From Octopus bimaculoides (lineage: Eukaryota), in NCBI RefSeq assembly GCF_001194135.2, contig NC_068984.1:63434211-63498210 (forward strand): 64,000 bases of DNA, written 5' to 3'. Every line of letters starts with the position of its first letter. Position 1 is the first letter of the stretch. Shown piece after piece: positions 12,340 to 26,275 of the stretch. The notes under the pieces were generated by a model. The model was not told where the DNA came from, made no database searches, and saw only the letters and a program-made list of their open reading frames with translations. The translations under genes were made by a program, and so were the position numbers.

Positions 12340-12900
12340 GATAGACTTTTTCCAGTCACTCATAGTTACATAAATCTCTTCAATAGACATAACTTAAAAA
12401 ACAGTTTCTGTACAACTACCAATTTTAAAAATATAATCGCACATAACACACAAAAACCACAAAAGGAAATCAGCTGGTCATGCAAGGATAAAAATTTGTG
12501 CCCGCTAAATGGAGCTTGCATGTCCGAGACCATCATTTATGAAGCCACCGAAGACTCTACAACCGCTAAGTACACAGTTTCAACAAAGAAATATGTGAGC
12601 CTTAGAGAGGGGAATTTTAAGGCCAGGTTCAACAATCAAACTTTGAGCTTCAGGCACTGGGATACAAGGAAAACGACCAAATTATCCAGTCATATATGGT
12701 TCTTAAAAGGTAAAGGTGTCAGTTACAACATCCATTGGAAGATTTTAGCCAAGTGTAAGCCTTACAATAACGACAGCAGAAAGTGCGGTCTGTGTAATAT
12801 TGAAAGATGGCTCATCTGTAAAAGCAGCTTAGACCCCGCTATATGTCTAAATTCAAGAACTGAAGTTTTTGGATAATGTCCACATGTCACAAAATATTTG
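12340..12900 (+). pseudogene. PLE linker plus GIY-YIG endonuclease fragment, Hydra-clade-like
   Basis: FPVTHSYINLFNRHNLKNSFCTTTNFKNIIAHN...SWSCKDKNLCPLNGAC...IIYEAT...KYVSLREGNFKARFNNQTLSFRH...TKLSSHIWFLK...KCGLCNIER...LNSRTE. The degenerate CxCx5C linker is what I recall for the Hydra clade; clade name is inference. Confidence 0.85.
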
Positions 12901-13517
12901 TTACGTTTTTGGTCCCACCAAGATTACAGATAGAACCTGCTTTTTATATTGTGTCCACGTACAAACATGTTATCTCTCTATAATTTTAATATATTTTTTA
13001 TACATTTTTAACATATCTTTACATATTTATAGATATATTTTCGTATATTTACTGTTTTATATAATTTTACACATTTTTTTCTGTATTATACCTTTCACCC
13101 TGCATTTTTCTTGTGCATGTGCGTATATAGACGTCTATATGAACTCTTTTCTGCGCGTGTGTCTGTGTGCGTGTGTGCGGGTATGTATATATGTACATGT
13201 ATATGTACACGTGTATGGTTGCTTATATATGTGGGTGTACATGCGAGTGTTTCACGCGAGTGTGAATGAGCATATGCATATATAGCATGTGCGTATTTTT
13301 AGACGTGTATTTGAATATAATTGTGCGCCTATGGCTATGTGCTCGAGTGTTTGCGCACGCGCGTGTGTGGATATGTATACGTGTATATGCATGGTTGCAT
13401 ATATATGTGCATTTATTGGCGTATATGTGGGTGCGCACGTTTGTCTTTCACGCGATTGTGAGTGAGCATATGTATATAGGCACATGTACGTGGGTGTGCG
13501 TGCGCGCATGTCTATGC

Positions 13518-13799
13518 ATGTACATGCGCGCATACGGGATTGCTATGATCAGTTTTAGTTCTTTACTTTTTACTTTCTCCCCTTCAGTTTTTCTCCTTAT
13601 TTAACGGTCATTCTAATAGATCTTTTGTCTTAATAACTGTCATTACGTGGTAATTTCCTTTTGTTTAACGGTCATTTTATTAACATTTTTGATCGCCTCT
13701 ATAACTGACGTGATAACAGAGCAGGATTCCGCCCCAACATTCGAAACCTGGAGTCTTATTGTGGCAATCGAATAATTTTCATATATTGTATTTCAGATA
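13518..13799 (-). repeat. Right arm of the ~280-bp imperfect inverted repeat
   Basis: Reverse complement aligns to 11976-12260. Confidence 0.85.
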
Positions 13800-16700
13800 A
13801 ATTCCTCTATTTACATAATATCGAGGTCTCATTCATTCTTTTGTTGTCTCAACATTACTATTAATATATATATATATGTATGTATGTGTTTACATACTAG
13901 GAAAATGCTCTCTATATATTTACAAATATATTTACACATGTGTTTCTCGTTGTGTGCGTATCTGTATGTTTGTGTGTCTGTCTCTATTATGAATGTGTAC
14001 AATAATTTCTTTAAAATTCCTTGTCATAAAGTTTTGTCAAAACTGGTTTCTTATGAGTGGTGATTACCGTTTGGATAGGGCGTATCTCAATTTACGTATG
14101 AACCTGAATTCAAATATTTGATGACATTCCATTATCAAACGTCATGAACGCAACATTTGCACATTATCACTTTCCACTTCAATTATGAAACATTCCTCTA
14201 TGTATTTTATATGCGCATATATTCTCTCTCACAGCCCTGCACACATATGTTTACACACGTACGTAAGCGCAGATACAAACACATCCTCATGTAAATAAAT
14301 ATACACAGGCGTATATATATATATATATATATACACCCATATACTCTATATATGCATGTCTGAATGTTTATTTCCGCATTCCGCATGAGCATGTATGTTA
14401 AAATTGATGCATATTTGAGATCATTGCATTCACGTCTGCAGAAATGCAGCATAAATTATATTCAATGTTCCTACACATGACATCATTTGAAATAATATTT
14501 TCAAAATATCAATCATATGCAGTTCATTGTGATATTTGCATCTTCATATAATATCGAGCAACTATTTTCCTAAACTATATATACCGTATAATACACACCG
14601 GCTTTACAAAAACAAATGCATGATATAAAATAAAAGTATCATCCCTCAACACAAGTCAACTCAGATTCCTACAAGTATAATAGAAGGGTTACATAAATAG
14701 ATAATCCATATAGATTTTATGCTCTGTGTCACTAATGGAAAAATATATTGTTCATTACATTATCAAATATATGTTTTGCATAATGTTGTTTTCGGCTGCA
14801 CCCTCTCAGGTTTAATGTCACACTCAGCCGTTCAAGATATCAGAACGAATATAATATTATGTTATATATATATGAACATACTTGAAACTGAATAATAGCA
14901 TCTACAAAATGTTAAAATGCTATTAGACGAAAGAAACGGAGCGATCATTGATTTCACATGCAACTCTGAGTTGGGTTAGTCAGCTTTACAGTATATCTCA
15001 ATTTTACAATTTGTGTAGCTGCGTCCAAAAGCAACAAGCATAAAAGAAAGAAAGAGAAAATTTACAGATTTGATTTGTAAGCGAATAGAAATATTTGCAG
15101 CACAAAGAGTATATGTATTGTATTCTCTATTGAAACAGCTGCCATTGGCTTAGAGAGATAACAATTCTATCAATTTCTAGACATTTCCCCTATATGTGTG
15201 TAAACACCTTTCTGTTGTTCGCTTGCACATTTAGTAAATATTTTTGTATATATTCATTTACGGCTGTTAATGAATTTAGTGAATATATAGTATTACAATA
15301 TATAATAAAGGGTGACATAATAAACATGATTTCACTCATTCATATATTGTAGTAAGATGTTTGTAATATTTATTCTATTTAGTGTAAGCATATGTTTATC
15401 AAAAGAACATCACAGTATATTTAAAAAGTGATGAATAACAGATCGCATCAATGTATGCAGTCACTCACTGTCACTATTCAAGGAGATCTTTGTCGAAGTG
15501 TGAGGTCACATGTCAAATGCGATCAATCAATTATATATTTTGCCAGACACTAACAGTATTCAAAGAAAAACAATTATTAACCTGAAAACTGGGAAATTTC
15601 AATATTGTGATAAACAGTTTTAAGAATAGGTTTAACCATATTAGGTAATATCGTGAGTTGAGAAACTTGAAATACTTAAGAATATTTTTGCGTATATGAG
15701 GCAAGATAGTCCTTTGAGTCAGTTCTACAAGCGGAGTTATTATCCCAAAATTATCAGCAACACAGATTTTATCATATTTTGCTTTTGAAAATAAAGAGGA
15801 CGTCATGAAAACCAACTGGTGGAAACAACGGACACACTTTTCGTCTTAAATGACTTGCTCCTGCAAATCATATTTTGTTGTGATGACAACACTTTGAAGT
15901 GAGTTCTGTACGAGTGATCTTCTCTAAAGTAACAGAAAGAATGTGACGTTGATTATATATTTCAACAATATGACTGCGCTTTCTAGACTTTCAGTACACA
16001 CGCTGTAGGTTTCACATATGTACCACGAATTCAAATACTTGAATTAGCTGCTATCATTTATGCATTAAGTGATGTTCTCGGACTATAGTAAAAGATATCT
16101 TTGGATAGTATCAGAAAAACAATTTGAATCTAACGATGACGAGATATTCTTTTCTAGCATTCTTTATGATTGTACCTTGATCATCGTTCTGCATATAACT
16201 CATATACCCATCATTACACGTTTCTAATTTTCGCCCTCTTTAAATTGTGATAAATAAACATCCAAAATGAATAGATTGGTATCAAGAACTACATTGTTTC
16301 TTTCTAGTAGTCTATTATTATTTTTTGTCACATCTAAATTAAATATCATCAACCAAACACCATTATAAGTTCTATTTGGGAGTTGTATGTGGAAAAGTGT
16401 GTCGGAGCCTTCAAGGTTCATATTATGTTTCTTGGAGAAATTTTCCAGTGCTTTGAAGTTTATGGAGTATTTTATTCTATCATTTCTTTCGGTGTAATTT
16501 TGCATAAGGCAGGACCATTTGAAGTAAAAGAAATATTGTTAAAAGATGTCAGCTTGATGTTTTTTTGTAGTGTAATGCACGGGGTTCTATTTTTCTGTGA
16601 CTTGTGAACTTGATAGCGATATCTTTTGGTGCATGTTCATGGAATATTTTCCCTATTGCACAGATTATGTAACGCGCACACGAGCGAAGGAGCGAATAGA

Positions 16701-18317
16701 ATTTTCAATGTCCGAGGCAATTCTAAAATTAAATTTCTGTTGTGTCATTTACATATTTTACTATGTGATTCCCATCTTCTTTCAGCCATTTGTTCATTTC
16801 TTTTTTTTTGTATCGGGAAACCACACTAGACAGCGCTATAAAATGTAAGCCTAGCAAACCTCTCTTAACTGCTTATTCATATCACATTCCGTGGGTTCTG
16901 GCTATTTCAAACCTAACATATTCACTATGCTTATGTTCTCAGTTTATTGTCTTCAGTTAACATATTTCTGCAATAATATTTGAAACTACAAGAAACTCAC
17001 ATAAAGGAAGAGAATATGGCAGTTCAAGTATACTGTTTTATTCCAACTGGATGAGTACAAATGTTTCCACATTTAATGACATATTTATTTTGTCGGTTCA
17101 CAACACATAGATCAAGTGCGAATGAAGTCTATTTTTGGTAACGTGCCCGCATTGATAGATATCAGTACCATAATGTCTTGAGTACTCTGTCAATTACGAG
17201 ATGTAATTTTCGGAACATCTAATCTCTTACACAAACCTACCTTGGATCGCAATGCAGGGTAGATTTTTTCCAGCAGAATTTCGTTCTTGAGGTTCAATAG
17301 GTTTATGGAAGTCAAAATACACGAAATGTATGGTGAAATCCTCTCTCCGATCAATTGATATATTAACAAAGCCATGTAGAGGCTATGCTAGGCAGTCTAT
17401 GCTACACGAATAATATGCGGGATGCTATCGAACTGGAGATTTTTGTCTGGCAGGGGTAATATATTTGATTTTACTATCATTTTCCAATAACTTAGATACA
17501 AAGCGAATGCAACTACGATACTCCTCACTACAAGCAACTCATTTCCTTTTTACAAACAGAGGAAAATTCTGGAACAGAGAATGGTCGGATATAAAATCTG
17601 TATCCAGCAATTTTCTTCATAGATTAGCAAGATCATATGCTAATTAATGTATGTATTCCAAGAGACTAACAGAATCTGTCAAGGTCTACTTGTCCATTGA
17701 CATTAATTTTAGTACTTACCGATTAATTTCCGTTACGTCTAAAGTTATACCATAGCGGATATGCAGACGATTTAATCCATGAATACTCCCTAAGTAAACC
17801 GAGCGTCTTGTTCACTGAAAATAGCAGCATTGCTTCGGTATTATCAACTATATTTTTCTTGCATTAATTTGGAGATTCAGGATTCGATTCATTGTATAGC
17901 ATCTCGGGAAATGTCATGAATACAAATGAAGATATGCTGGGTTGTTACTTTATTTGAGTCCTGAAATTTGACATAGCTACATATCTCGAACTTCACGCGT
18001 TTGTAACCCAACAGCACAAGACAGTTATGAAATGCTTACTGAACAAACGTAATAGTGTTGCATAAACGCACGTAAATTATGCATAGATGTAGATAATGTC
18101 TGTTTCCTGTAGATTACATTATGTATCTCACTAGTAGCCGCCCCAAAATGTAATTAACTTACTATCTTCCATTTCGACATGGTGTTGTTGACAGTATTTA
18201 CCGAATGGCATTCTCAGTAATGGTTGCTCTAATATAGACACCGCCCTGCTGTATACACGTCATAAGAAATATAGGTGAAATGGTCTCTGAAAAACTTTCA
18301 TTAACATCGAATATATC

Positions 18318-18388
<71 letters not shown>

Positions 18389-19356
18389 GGATAGTTATTT
18401 GGATCTGAAAAGAAATCTTATGCTCAGTCCAAGTATTTAGCTGGTTTTAAGGATGAACATCGCACCAAAAGTCAGTTGCAAACAGACAATTCAAGGACAC
18501 CTTTTGAAACATGCAGTATCTTTACACCGATAATAAACACAGTTTCATATTACCAGACATTGGCACACAAAAATATATTAGTAGATGTTTAAGTGACAAT
18601 TTAGAAAACGTTTGATATTCAGGTAAATGTGTCAACTAGCTCACGCACAATTTTTGAAAACAATCTGTAAGGAAAAACAGTAGAAATATACAAACCTTTA
18701 CTAAGTTTCAGCATTTAACATGTATTATTTTATCGGATGGAGCTTCGTTTATATGTTCGAAATTGTCTCTCTCCTTGGAAGGATTGAAGTAATTTAATAG
18801 ATCATAAATGCATGCATATTGGAAAGAATTAACTTAGTAATCAGAGAACTGCTAACAAAATCAAATTAAAACTCTGCTGATAATAATCACGAGAACTTTT
18901 GTAATTCTTTAATCCACATTAATATTGCTTTCCACTTTAGCTGGCCTTGTGCCAAAATTTTAAACCAATATTAATCTTTATTTTCTTAACCTTTTTTAGG
19001 AACAAATTTAAATGCCATCATATTCAGTTATTCAAAATAGTCCCTTATTCCAATTGCTTGTTTGAAGTTAACTTTTTTTTCTCTATTTTTATTGCTACAC
19101 TTTATAACAATAGTAGCACTTCTCCATTTTAATTTCTTGATATATTCAATTTAATTTAAACTTAGCAATTTGTATTGAATTTAATTTATTTAAGATCATC
19201 TTAATTTTTCTTCATAGTATTTATAGAGTGGTTTGGTTAATAAAATTCAGTCTGAATAAAGCTCCAAACTGAGATATTTCCCTTCATGTAAAAAATCTTT
19301 AGTAAACGAAGATACAATACAAACATTTAACTAGTAGGATATTGCATTGATAATTA

Positions 19357-19747
19357 TTTTTCTGTCATTTAACTGCGGCCATACTGAAGCACCGCCTTTA
19401 GTGGAGCAAATCGACCCTAGGACTTATTCTTTCTAAGCTTAGTACTTATTCTATCGATCTCTCTGGCAGAACCGCTAGGTGACGGGGACGTAAACACATT
19501 AGCATCGGTTGTCAAGCGATTTGGGGGCAGGACAAACACAGACACACAAACATACATGCATAGATACATACGTACATATATATACGACGGGCTTTTTTCA
19601 GTTTCCATCTACCAAATCCACTCAAAAGGCTTTGGTTGGCCCGAGGCTATAGTAGAAGATACTTGCCCAATGTGCCACGCAGTGGGACTGAACTCAGAAC
19701 CATGTAGTTGGTATGCAAGCTACTGACCACACAACCACTCCTGCGCC
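19357..19747 (-). mobile_element. Full-length tRNA-derived SINE (family B)
   Basis: The reverse complement starts GGCGCAGGAGTGGTTGTGTGG (A-box-like), then GAGTTCAGTCCC (B-box-like), core TTGGGCAAGTATCTTCTACTATAGCCTCGGGCCAACCAAAGCCTTTTGAGTGGATTTGGTAGATGGAAACTGAA, an internal microsatellite and a 3' CAGTTAAATGACAGAAA end. A homolog lies at 25945. Confidence 0.85.
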
Positions 19748-20719
19748 TAACGAATGTATATCTTTTTCCTATTAGTTTTTAAAAATAAGTCGGGTTTTCC
19801 TCAACTATAATTACTCCTTGCCCTAACTTCACTTTCCAACATATGCTATTTCTCACATATTGTTCACTTATCCTCAACAACGTTCCCCTTTCGATTTTTG
19901 TTTGAAAAGAAGGCACAACTAAATAATCCTCAATAATTTCGTCCAAAATTCGACGCAACACCTCTTCTATCTGGTAGCAAAAATTAGCAAATTTAAATAA
20001 TTAGATAACATTATTTAGAAAATATACAGCCGGAGTACAGTACAAAATGTTAAATATATCTTCTTACTTAATAATAGCTCCAGGTATCCCGATATAATTA
20101 CTTCTGTAGAGTGCCGCAAAATAGCTCGATCACTCTGTCATTCTCACACAGACACACACGCACACACGCACACACACACACACACACACACATACACATA
20201 CACACACATACAACCACACACGCGCACCTGTACACACGCGCGCACACCCACATATATAAGTAGATTGACTGATAGATAGAAATATTTAGATACACGCATA
20301 TTCACATATTCATACACATATATACAACAAATGTGTATATGTATACATATAGAAAGGTTCGACTTGGAAAATTTGATTTGCTTGACTTTATCAGATATTA
20401 TATACATATATACATGCATGCCAACAAAAACCATACACACATGCAAACGTACATAAATACAAATATACACACATGCATACATAAATACGTACGTACATAC
20501 ACACACGGATACATAAAAACGCGCATACATACAAACATATGAACATGCATACATAACTACGTACATAAATACATGCATTAGAGGGATGGAGGAAAAGTAT
20601 TACAAATCCACAGCTGTTTCGTGAGGCTTGGCGGTTCATAACAATGTCTGGGGATAGATTCCATCATAGGATATAATGAGCCTTCGTCTTCAGAAATAAA
20701 ATCATACATCTGAGATGTT

Positions 20720-21226
20720 ATATGTATATATATATGTCTGTATGAGTTAGAGGTTAGTAAAACATCTAAATGATATTAAATATCCAATATACTACTGAAT
20801 GTGTACCTACGTATNNNNNNNNNNNNNNNNNNNNNNNNNNNNNNNNNNNNNNNNNNNNNNNNNNNNNNCATATGTACATGTATGTACATAGCTTCATCTA
20901 CATGTACATATAGATACATATCCTTCATCATCTGCCACCATTAAAACACCGGCGTTTCGAAGAGTTAGGGCAGGACGCATCGTTAAAATGGTTCTTCCCA
21001 CGAACACAAATAAAATTTTTGTCGTGGAGGATAGTGGCGGACGGAAAACAAGACAGGAAAAACGAAACGGTGAAATAAAAGGCTGTACAGCTAGACGTAG
21101 AGAAGTGTGTGTGTATTGAACGCTGTATGTATATATGTATATATATATGTCTGTATGAGTTAGAGGTTAGTAAAACATCTAAATGATATTAAATATCCAA
21201 TATACTACTGAATGTGTACCTACGTA
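20720..21226. repeat. Identical ~95-bp direct repeat (about 20720-20814 and 21132-21226) bracketing an N gap
   Basis: GTCTGTATGAGTTAGAGGTTAGTAAAACATCTAAATGATATTAAATATCCAATATACTACTGAATGTGTACCTACGTAT occurs twice; the first copy runs into the gap. Confidence 0.9.
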
Positions 21227-22004
21227 TTTTTAACCAATTGCTTACTATTGCATGGCAGTATTGCAATTGAATACTAGGTATGGGTGGGGGTAAACTGGAA
21301 ATTTACCCAGGATTTATAAGGCAAAATAGAAAATGGAGAGGATCTGCCATCCAGGCAGAACGACAAACTTGACCACCGGAAAACAAGGCGTCACCAGTAC
21401 TTTAACGAAGTAAAAATCAGATCTGCTCGCGGAATAAAAATTATAAATACACCTGATTCCAAAACATACCGCTACAAGCAGAGAAATTGTAAACCAAATT
21501 CCCTTTTTTTTTTTACTATCTTCATTTCTCCCTTCTTGTTTCCGCTTAACTCAGTATTACTGAAACTTTGATGATATTCATATACTGTCGATCACTACTA
21601 ACGTTTATGATCTTTGTACATTCAAAAAAATTGATTTACAGTTTTATCATTATTGACGGCTATGAATATTTAAACTTGTTACCATTGAAATTCCTCTACC
21701 TGATCTCCTAATTCATAATTCTAAATTTGTCTCTTATGAACATATCAATTTGTGATCATTGAAACATTTTAATTTGTCAACATTGAAACTTTTAAAGTTG
21801 TTTTTCAAATTCATAATTTTAAACTTTTACCATTGATAAAGAAAAAATAATGTTGAAACTAATATGGTATATATGTAAATAAATATATTTTAAACAATTA
21901 CAAGTTTTCCAAAATTAGGTGCATTTTCAACAACATATTTGCCTATATATATATACATAAATACATACATACATACACATATATATATATACATAAATAC
22001 ATAC

Positions 22005-22053
<49 letters not shown>

Positions 22054-22507
22054 NNNNNNNNNNNNNNNNNNNNNNNNNNNNNNNNNNNNNNNNNNNNNNN
22101 NNNNNNNNNNNNNNNNNNNNNNNNNNNNNNNNNNNNNNNNNNNNNNNNNNNNNNNNNNNNNNNNNNNNNNNNNNNNNNNNNNNNNNNNNNNNNNNNNNNN
22201 NNNNNNNNNNNNNNNNNNNNNNNNNNNNNNNNNNNNNNNNNNNNNNNNNNNNNNNNNNNNNNNNNNNNNNNNNNNNNNNNNNNNNNNNNNNNNNNNNNNN
22301 NNNNNNNNNNNNNNNNNNNNNNNNNNNNNNNNNNNNNNNNNNNNNNNNNNNNNNNNNNNNNNNNNNNNNNNNNNNNNNNNNNNNNNNNNNNNNNNNNNNN
22401 NNNNNNNNNNNNNNNNNNNNNNNNNNNNNNNNNNNNNNNNNNNNNNNNNNNNNNNNNNNNNNNNNNNNNNNNNNNNNNNNNNNNNNNNNNNNNNNNNNNN
22501 NNNNNNN

Positions 22508-22538
<31 letters not shown>

Positions 22539-23529
22539 ACACATACATATATATATATTCATAGATAGTTAGATACAGATATATAAATGCTATTACGCAT
22601 GAATGTGTCTCTGTGTGTGACGCGTCCTTTTATGTTTACGTGGCATCATCGGGACGCATATATGTGTGTGTATACTTATAAATATATGCATTCGATAGAA
22701 TATACAAGTATATACAATCGTACGGGTACACACATATGTACAAACATATCCACGTTGGTATTTTATATATATACTCACGCGATAACATACCATCTGGTAA
22801 GGTTGCATTTTGCCAGCTTGAAGCGCCTCATTATGAAGAAATTACATGCTTTGGCTGAATCGCTAGCGTAGCGGTGTGTGCCAGTTCCTTGCGTTCTGAA
22901 TTCAATGTTTTATTTCAATGTAAATGTTTCATTTCATGTTTTTGAAACTGATTTAAAAAATGCATAAGTCAATTATTGGGTCTCTGTTACCGACTGCTAC
23001 TCTCTTCTTGAAATACTAGTCCAGAGCTTAAATTAGAAACAATAAATTAATTTTAATATTATTACTTTTGTTCTTTTGTTGTGGCTCTTTTTATATGAAA
23101 TCTGAAAGATGTGGAGAGGTAGATGCACCCATACGCAATGCGATACATTCAGACTGAGGTAGGAAGAAAGAGAGAGTGAGTGAGTCATGTATTTGAAAAA
23201 TCACAAATGGACAAAGAAAATCACTTAATTTTAGGTTAAGTAATTAAAGTTTATATGTAAGAACAGTAAGCTAAAACATATGAGACACTATTAAATATAT
23301 ATTTAGGAAGAGTAACAGAAAGCTAGATCGGTCGATAGACAGGTTGATCTACATTTAGTGAAATGGACAAATTTCACATAATTGCTTTTTTTTTGTGCGT
23401 GGCACCGACAATAATATGGCGAAATCAGAAGAAATATAAAGCGATATATATCTTTGTGTGTGTGTATGCATGCATGTATATATAGATATATGGAGATACT
23501 GTTATATATAGATTCAATTACGTACTTAC

Positions 23530-23648
23530 CTATCGCTCGTATATTCATGCATGCATCTATATCTGCACGTGTAAGTATCTGTGTGCACACAGTATCTGCA
23601 ATTATTTGTAGGGAAGTACATGCTGCTGCCTTCACTTTAATACGGCGC
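23530..23648 (-). other. Candidate 119-nt spliced exon
   Basis: Acceptor TTTTTTTTTCCTCTTTCAG| and donor ATAG|GTAAGT on the minus strand; one open frame (RRIKVKAAACTSLQIIADTVCTQILTRADIDACMNIRAI) with no recognisable homology. Confidence 0.35.
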
Positions 23649-25944
23649 CTGAAAGAGGAAAAAAAAATATAGTCTACAAAAGTGTTCTGTATGAAATAAA
23701 CATGAAAATAATGTTCAGTGGCAATCATGATCGATTTTCACATCAAATAATGCAAAAAAAAAAAAAAGATGAAATACAAAAATTTATTGTGTTCCGAAAA
23801 TGAATCACAATGCGCAGTCGTTTGCAGCTTCTAACTGTATGTCCCGATGACTAGAAAATATCTGTGATCTTAAAGTTATATTGAAATGTGCATTCTGATA
23901 CATATCATATGTACTGTACAATTTATGCCTATATGTAAGCATGCATATAAAAAATGCCCATAGTGTGAGAGGGAAACATTATGATATACATAGGTTGAAC
24001 AAATTGAAATATATAAACATGCGTTTTATTCTTTTAAGAACTATATTTATGTAAAAAGACAGTAGATAAATGTTTGCAAGATTGCCATGAATTATGAATA
24101 TTTGTATTCTGCTCATTATTCCTAATACACTCCTGTTTAAATATTGTTATTCATCAGTCTGGCTCCAATATAATCTTTAGGGAAAAAAATTCAAAATAAG
24201 AAAAAGAGAGTATAGATATACTGTGTGTCATTATATCTCCGTAATAACAAAAATATAATTTATGTTTGCAGGCGAATTTATACACTGTAAATATAAGTAT
24301 TTGGGCTATGAAAATTGTGAAGATAATTGATAATATCATAGATATATAAAGCAATATCTATTTCGGTTACTCAAATATTTGTGTTTATCTATCTTGCGAC
24401 TACTGGAAGCGATGAGTGATTAACTAAAAATAATTCTTATTTTGTTTTTTGGCCCCAAGTTATTCATAAACAAAATTTTGTGATTTAATCAGATCAGAAG
24501 TGGGGAAAACCAAAGATTCATTTGTTGGGTATCTGAGAATGATGTGAGGCATCAAGTTAGATCTTTATATCCGTAGTCACAAAACGTTGAATGTTTGTAA
24601 AAACATCGGTTTCACCACTGGTAATATAAAACCGTGTCAAAGATTACTTGTACGCTGTTAAAACGTGTCAAAAATTATTCGTACGCCTATGGTAATAGGC
24701 CAACTAGTTTACGTCAAGTAATTTATAAATTGTCTAAAGAAGTGAAATATTTATCTTTTGGAAGAGTGGATCTCGAAGCACGTAAAGCAATAAATAAAAG
24801 CGCGTAGATATTTGCTTTGAAAAGTCGAAAGGTGCTTGTTGACATAGTTTACAAAGTATGCCCGCATCTGTGATCAATGTCATACACGTTCTCTACACTC
24901 GCAGTACCTATCTAAAACTATATCATTATCCCGTTTTCAAAACGAGTGGCCGTAGCTGAGGCAAATTTATCTATTTCATCTAGCTTATGTATCCATACCT
25001 CTCATGTTTATTCTTTGTTTCTAATGAATTTTATGTGTTGTGTTTTAGTTTCGATTTTGTGAGATGAACCAAAATTGTATATATTACTATTACGATCTTT
25101 ACGGTACTCTTCTGGAACTGAATTCCCTTTTTTGTACTCTATTTTAAAGATGTTATTTACGCAATGTTATTGAGATCATTTTGCGGTAGAGTTACCTGAT
25201 AAATGTTACCCTAGTTGATGAGAATACATTCTAAGAATTATTTGCAGCAGAACGAAACAATTACACATTAATATCCTCCATTGATGATCTGTAGTTCCTA
25301 ACGGATATTATTATACTTGTAGATATTATGATTGCAACAATAAACAATAAGAGCTGTAATTTACTTTTAAAACTTTGTGAGAAAATATCTCATATATTTG
25401 TTGTTTGAGGAAAAAAAAATTTTAACCGTTGGCATCTGATCTCTTGTAAAATGCTTGCCGAAGAACTTTATCTCTAAATCTGGGTAATGAAAATATTTAA
25501 TCCGCTACATTCACAGCAATATCAACGTCAATCTTAGTTCATAACAACAAATACTTTATGTATAATGTTGTACCTAAATGGATGAGTGTTGTTTTATTAC
25601 GTGTAGAAATTAAGCGTATGACCACTGGCATTTCACAGCCTTGTCGGTACATAAAGCAAACAATATATGAAGACGAATAACGACGCTTCCTTTAAGTGGC
25701 CTCTCGACTTGCTAGAAATAGAAACCATATGACACTAAGCCCTATGCATTTTCTTAATATCAAATGCTGTCTAATACCCTCCAAGACAAAATGATTCAAA
25801 ATCAGGTCGGATAGTTATGGTTTTAACATCGTTGAATAAGGTTTTGCTTTATCACAGTTGGCTTAGATCTAAACGGCAAAAACAATTGGCACTACTTAAT
25901 AATTTCTACTTAAAGTCTATTTATCTTTATATGTATATGTATAT

Positions 25945-26275
25945 GTTGCCGAGTGCATGGCTCGGGGTTCCGTCTCACCGCGTGGTGACTTGAACAAGTG
26001 TCTTCTACTATAGCTTCGGGTCGACGAAACCCATGTGAGTGAATTTGGTAGAGGGAAACTGAATGAAGCCCATCATATAAGCGTGTGTCTGTGTTTCACT
26101 GTAGCTTGACAGGTGGTGGTGTTTTGTTTACGTCACCTTAACTTAGCGGTTCGTCAAAAGTGTCCAATACAAGTAGTACTAGGCTTAAAAACAAATAGTG
26201 GGGTCGATTTTTTAGACTTAAAATTCTTCAACGAGGTGCCCTGGAAAGTCGCAGTCTAATGAGTGAAACGAGTAT
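25945..26275 (+). mobile_element. Decayed SINE family B copy
   Basis: ACAAGTGTCTTCTACTATAGCTTCGGGTCGAC...GAATTTGGTAGAGGGAAACTGAA...CTTAGCGGTTCG...GGGGTCGATT is homologous to the 19357-19747 copy. Confidence 0.75.

Noticed and set aside
16224-17650. ORFs 16224-16505, 17190-17375 and neighbours as a second Helitron helicase or APE relic
   Set aside because: Only scattered 3-5 residue resemblances (e.g. LLEKIYP, CEFL, IRSFA) with inconsistent spacing; not supportable without a profile search.
20720-21226. Perfect ~95-bp direct repeat as LTRs or a long TSD
   Set aside because: One copy ends exactly at an N gap and the two are identical, so it is most likely an assembly overlap artefact.
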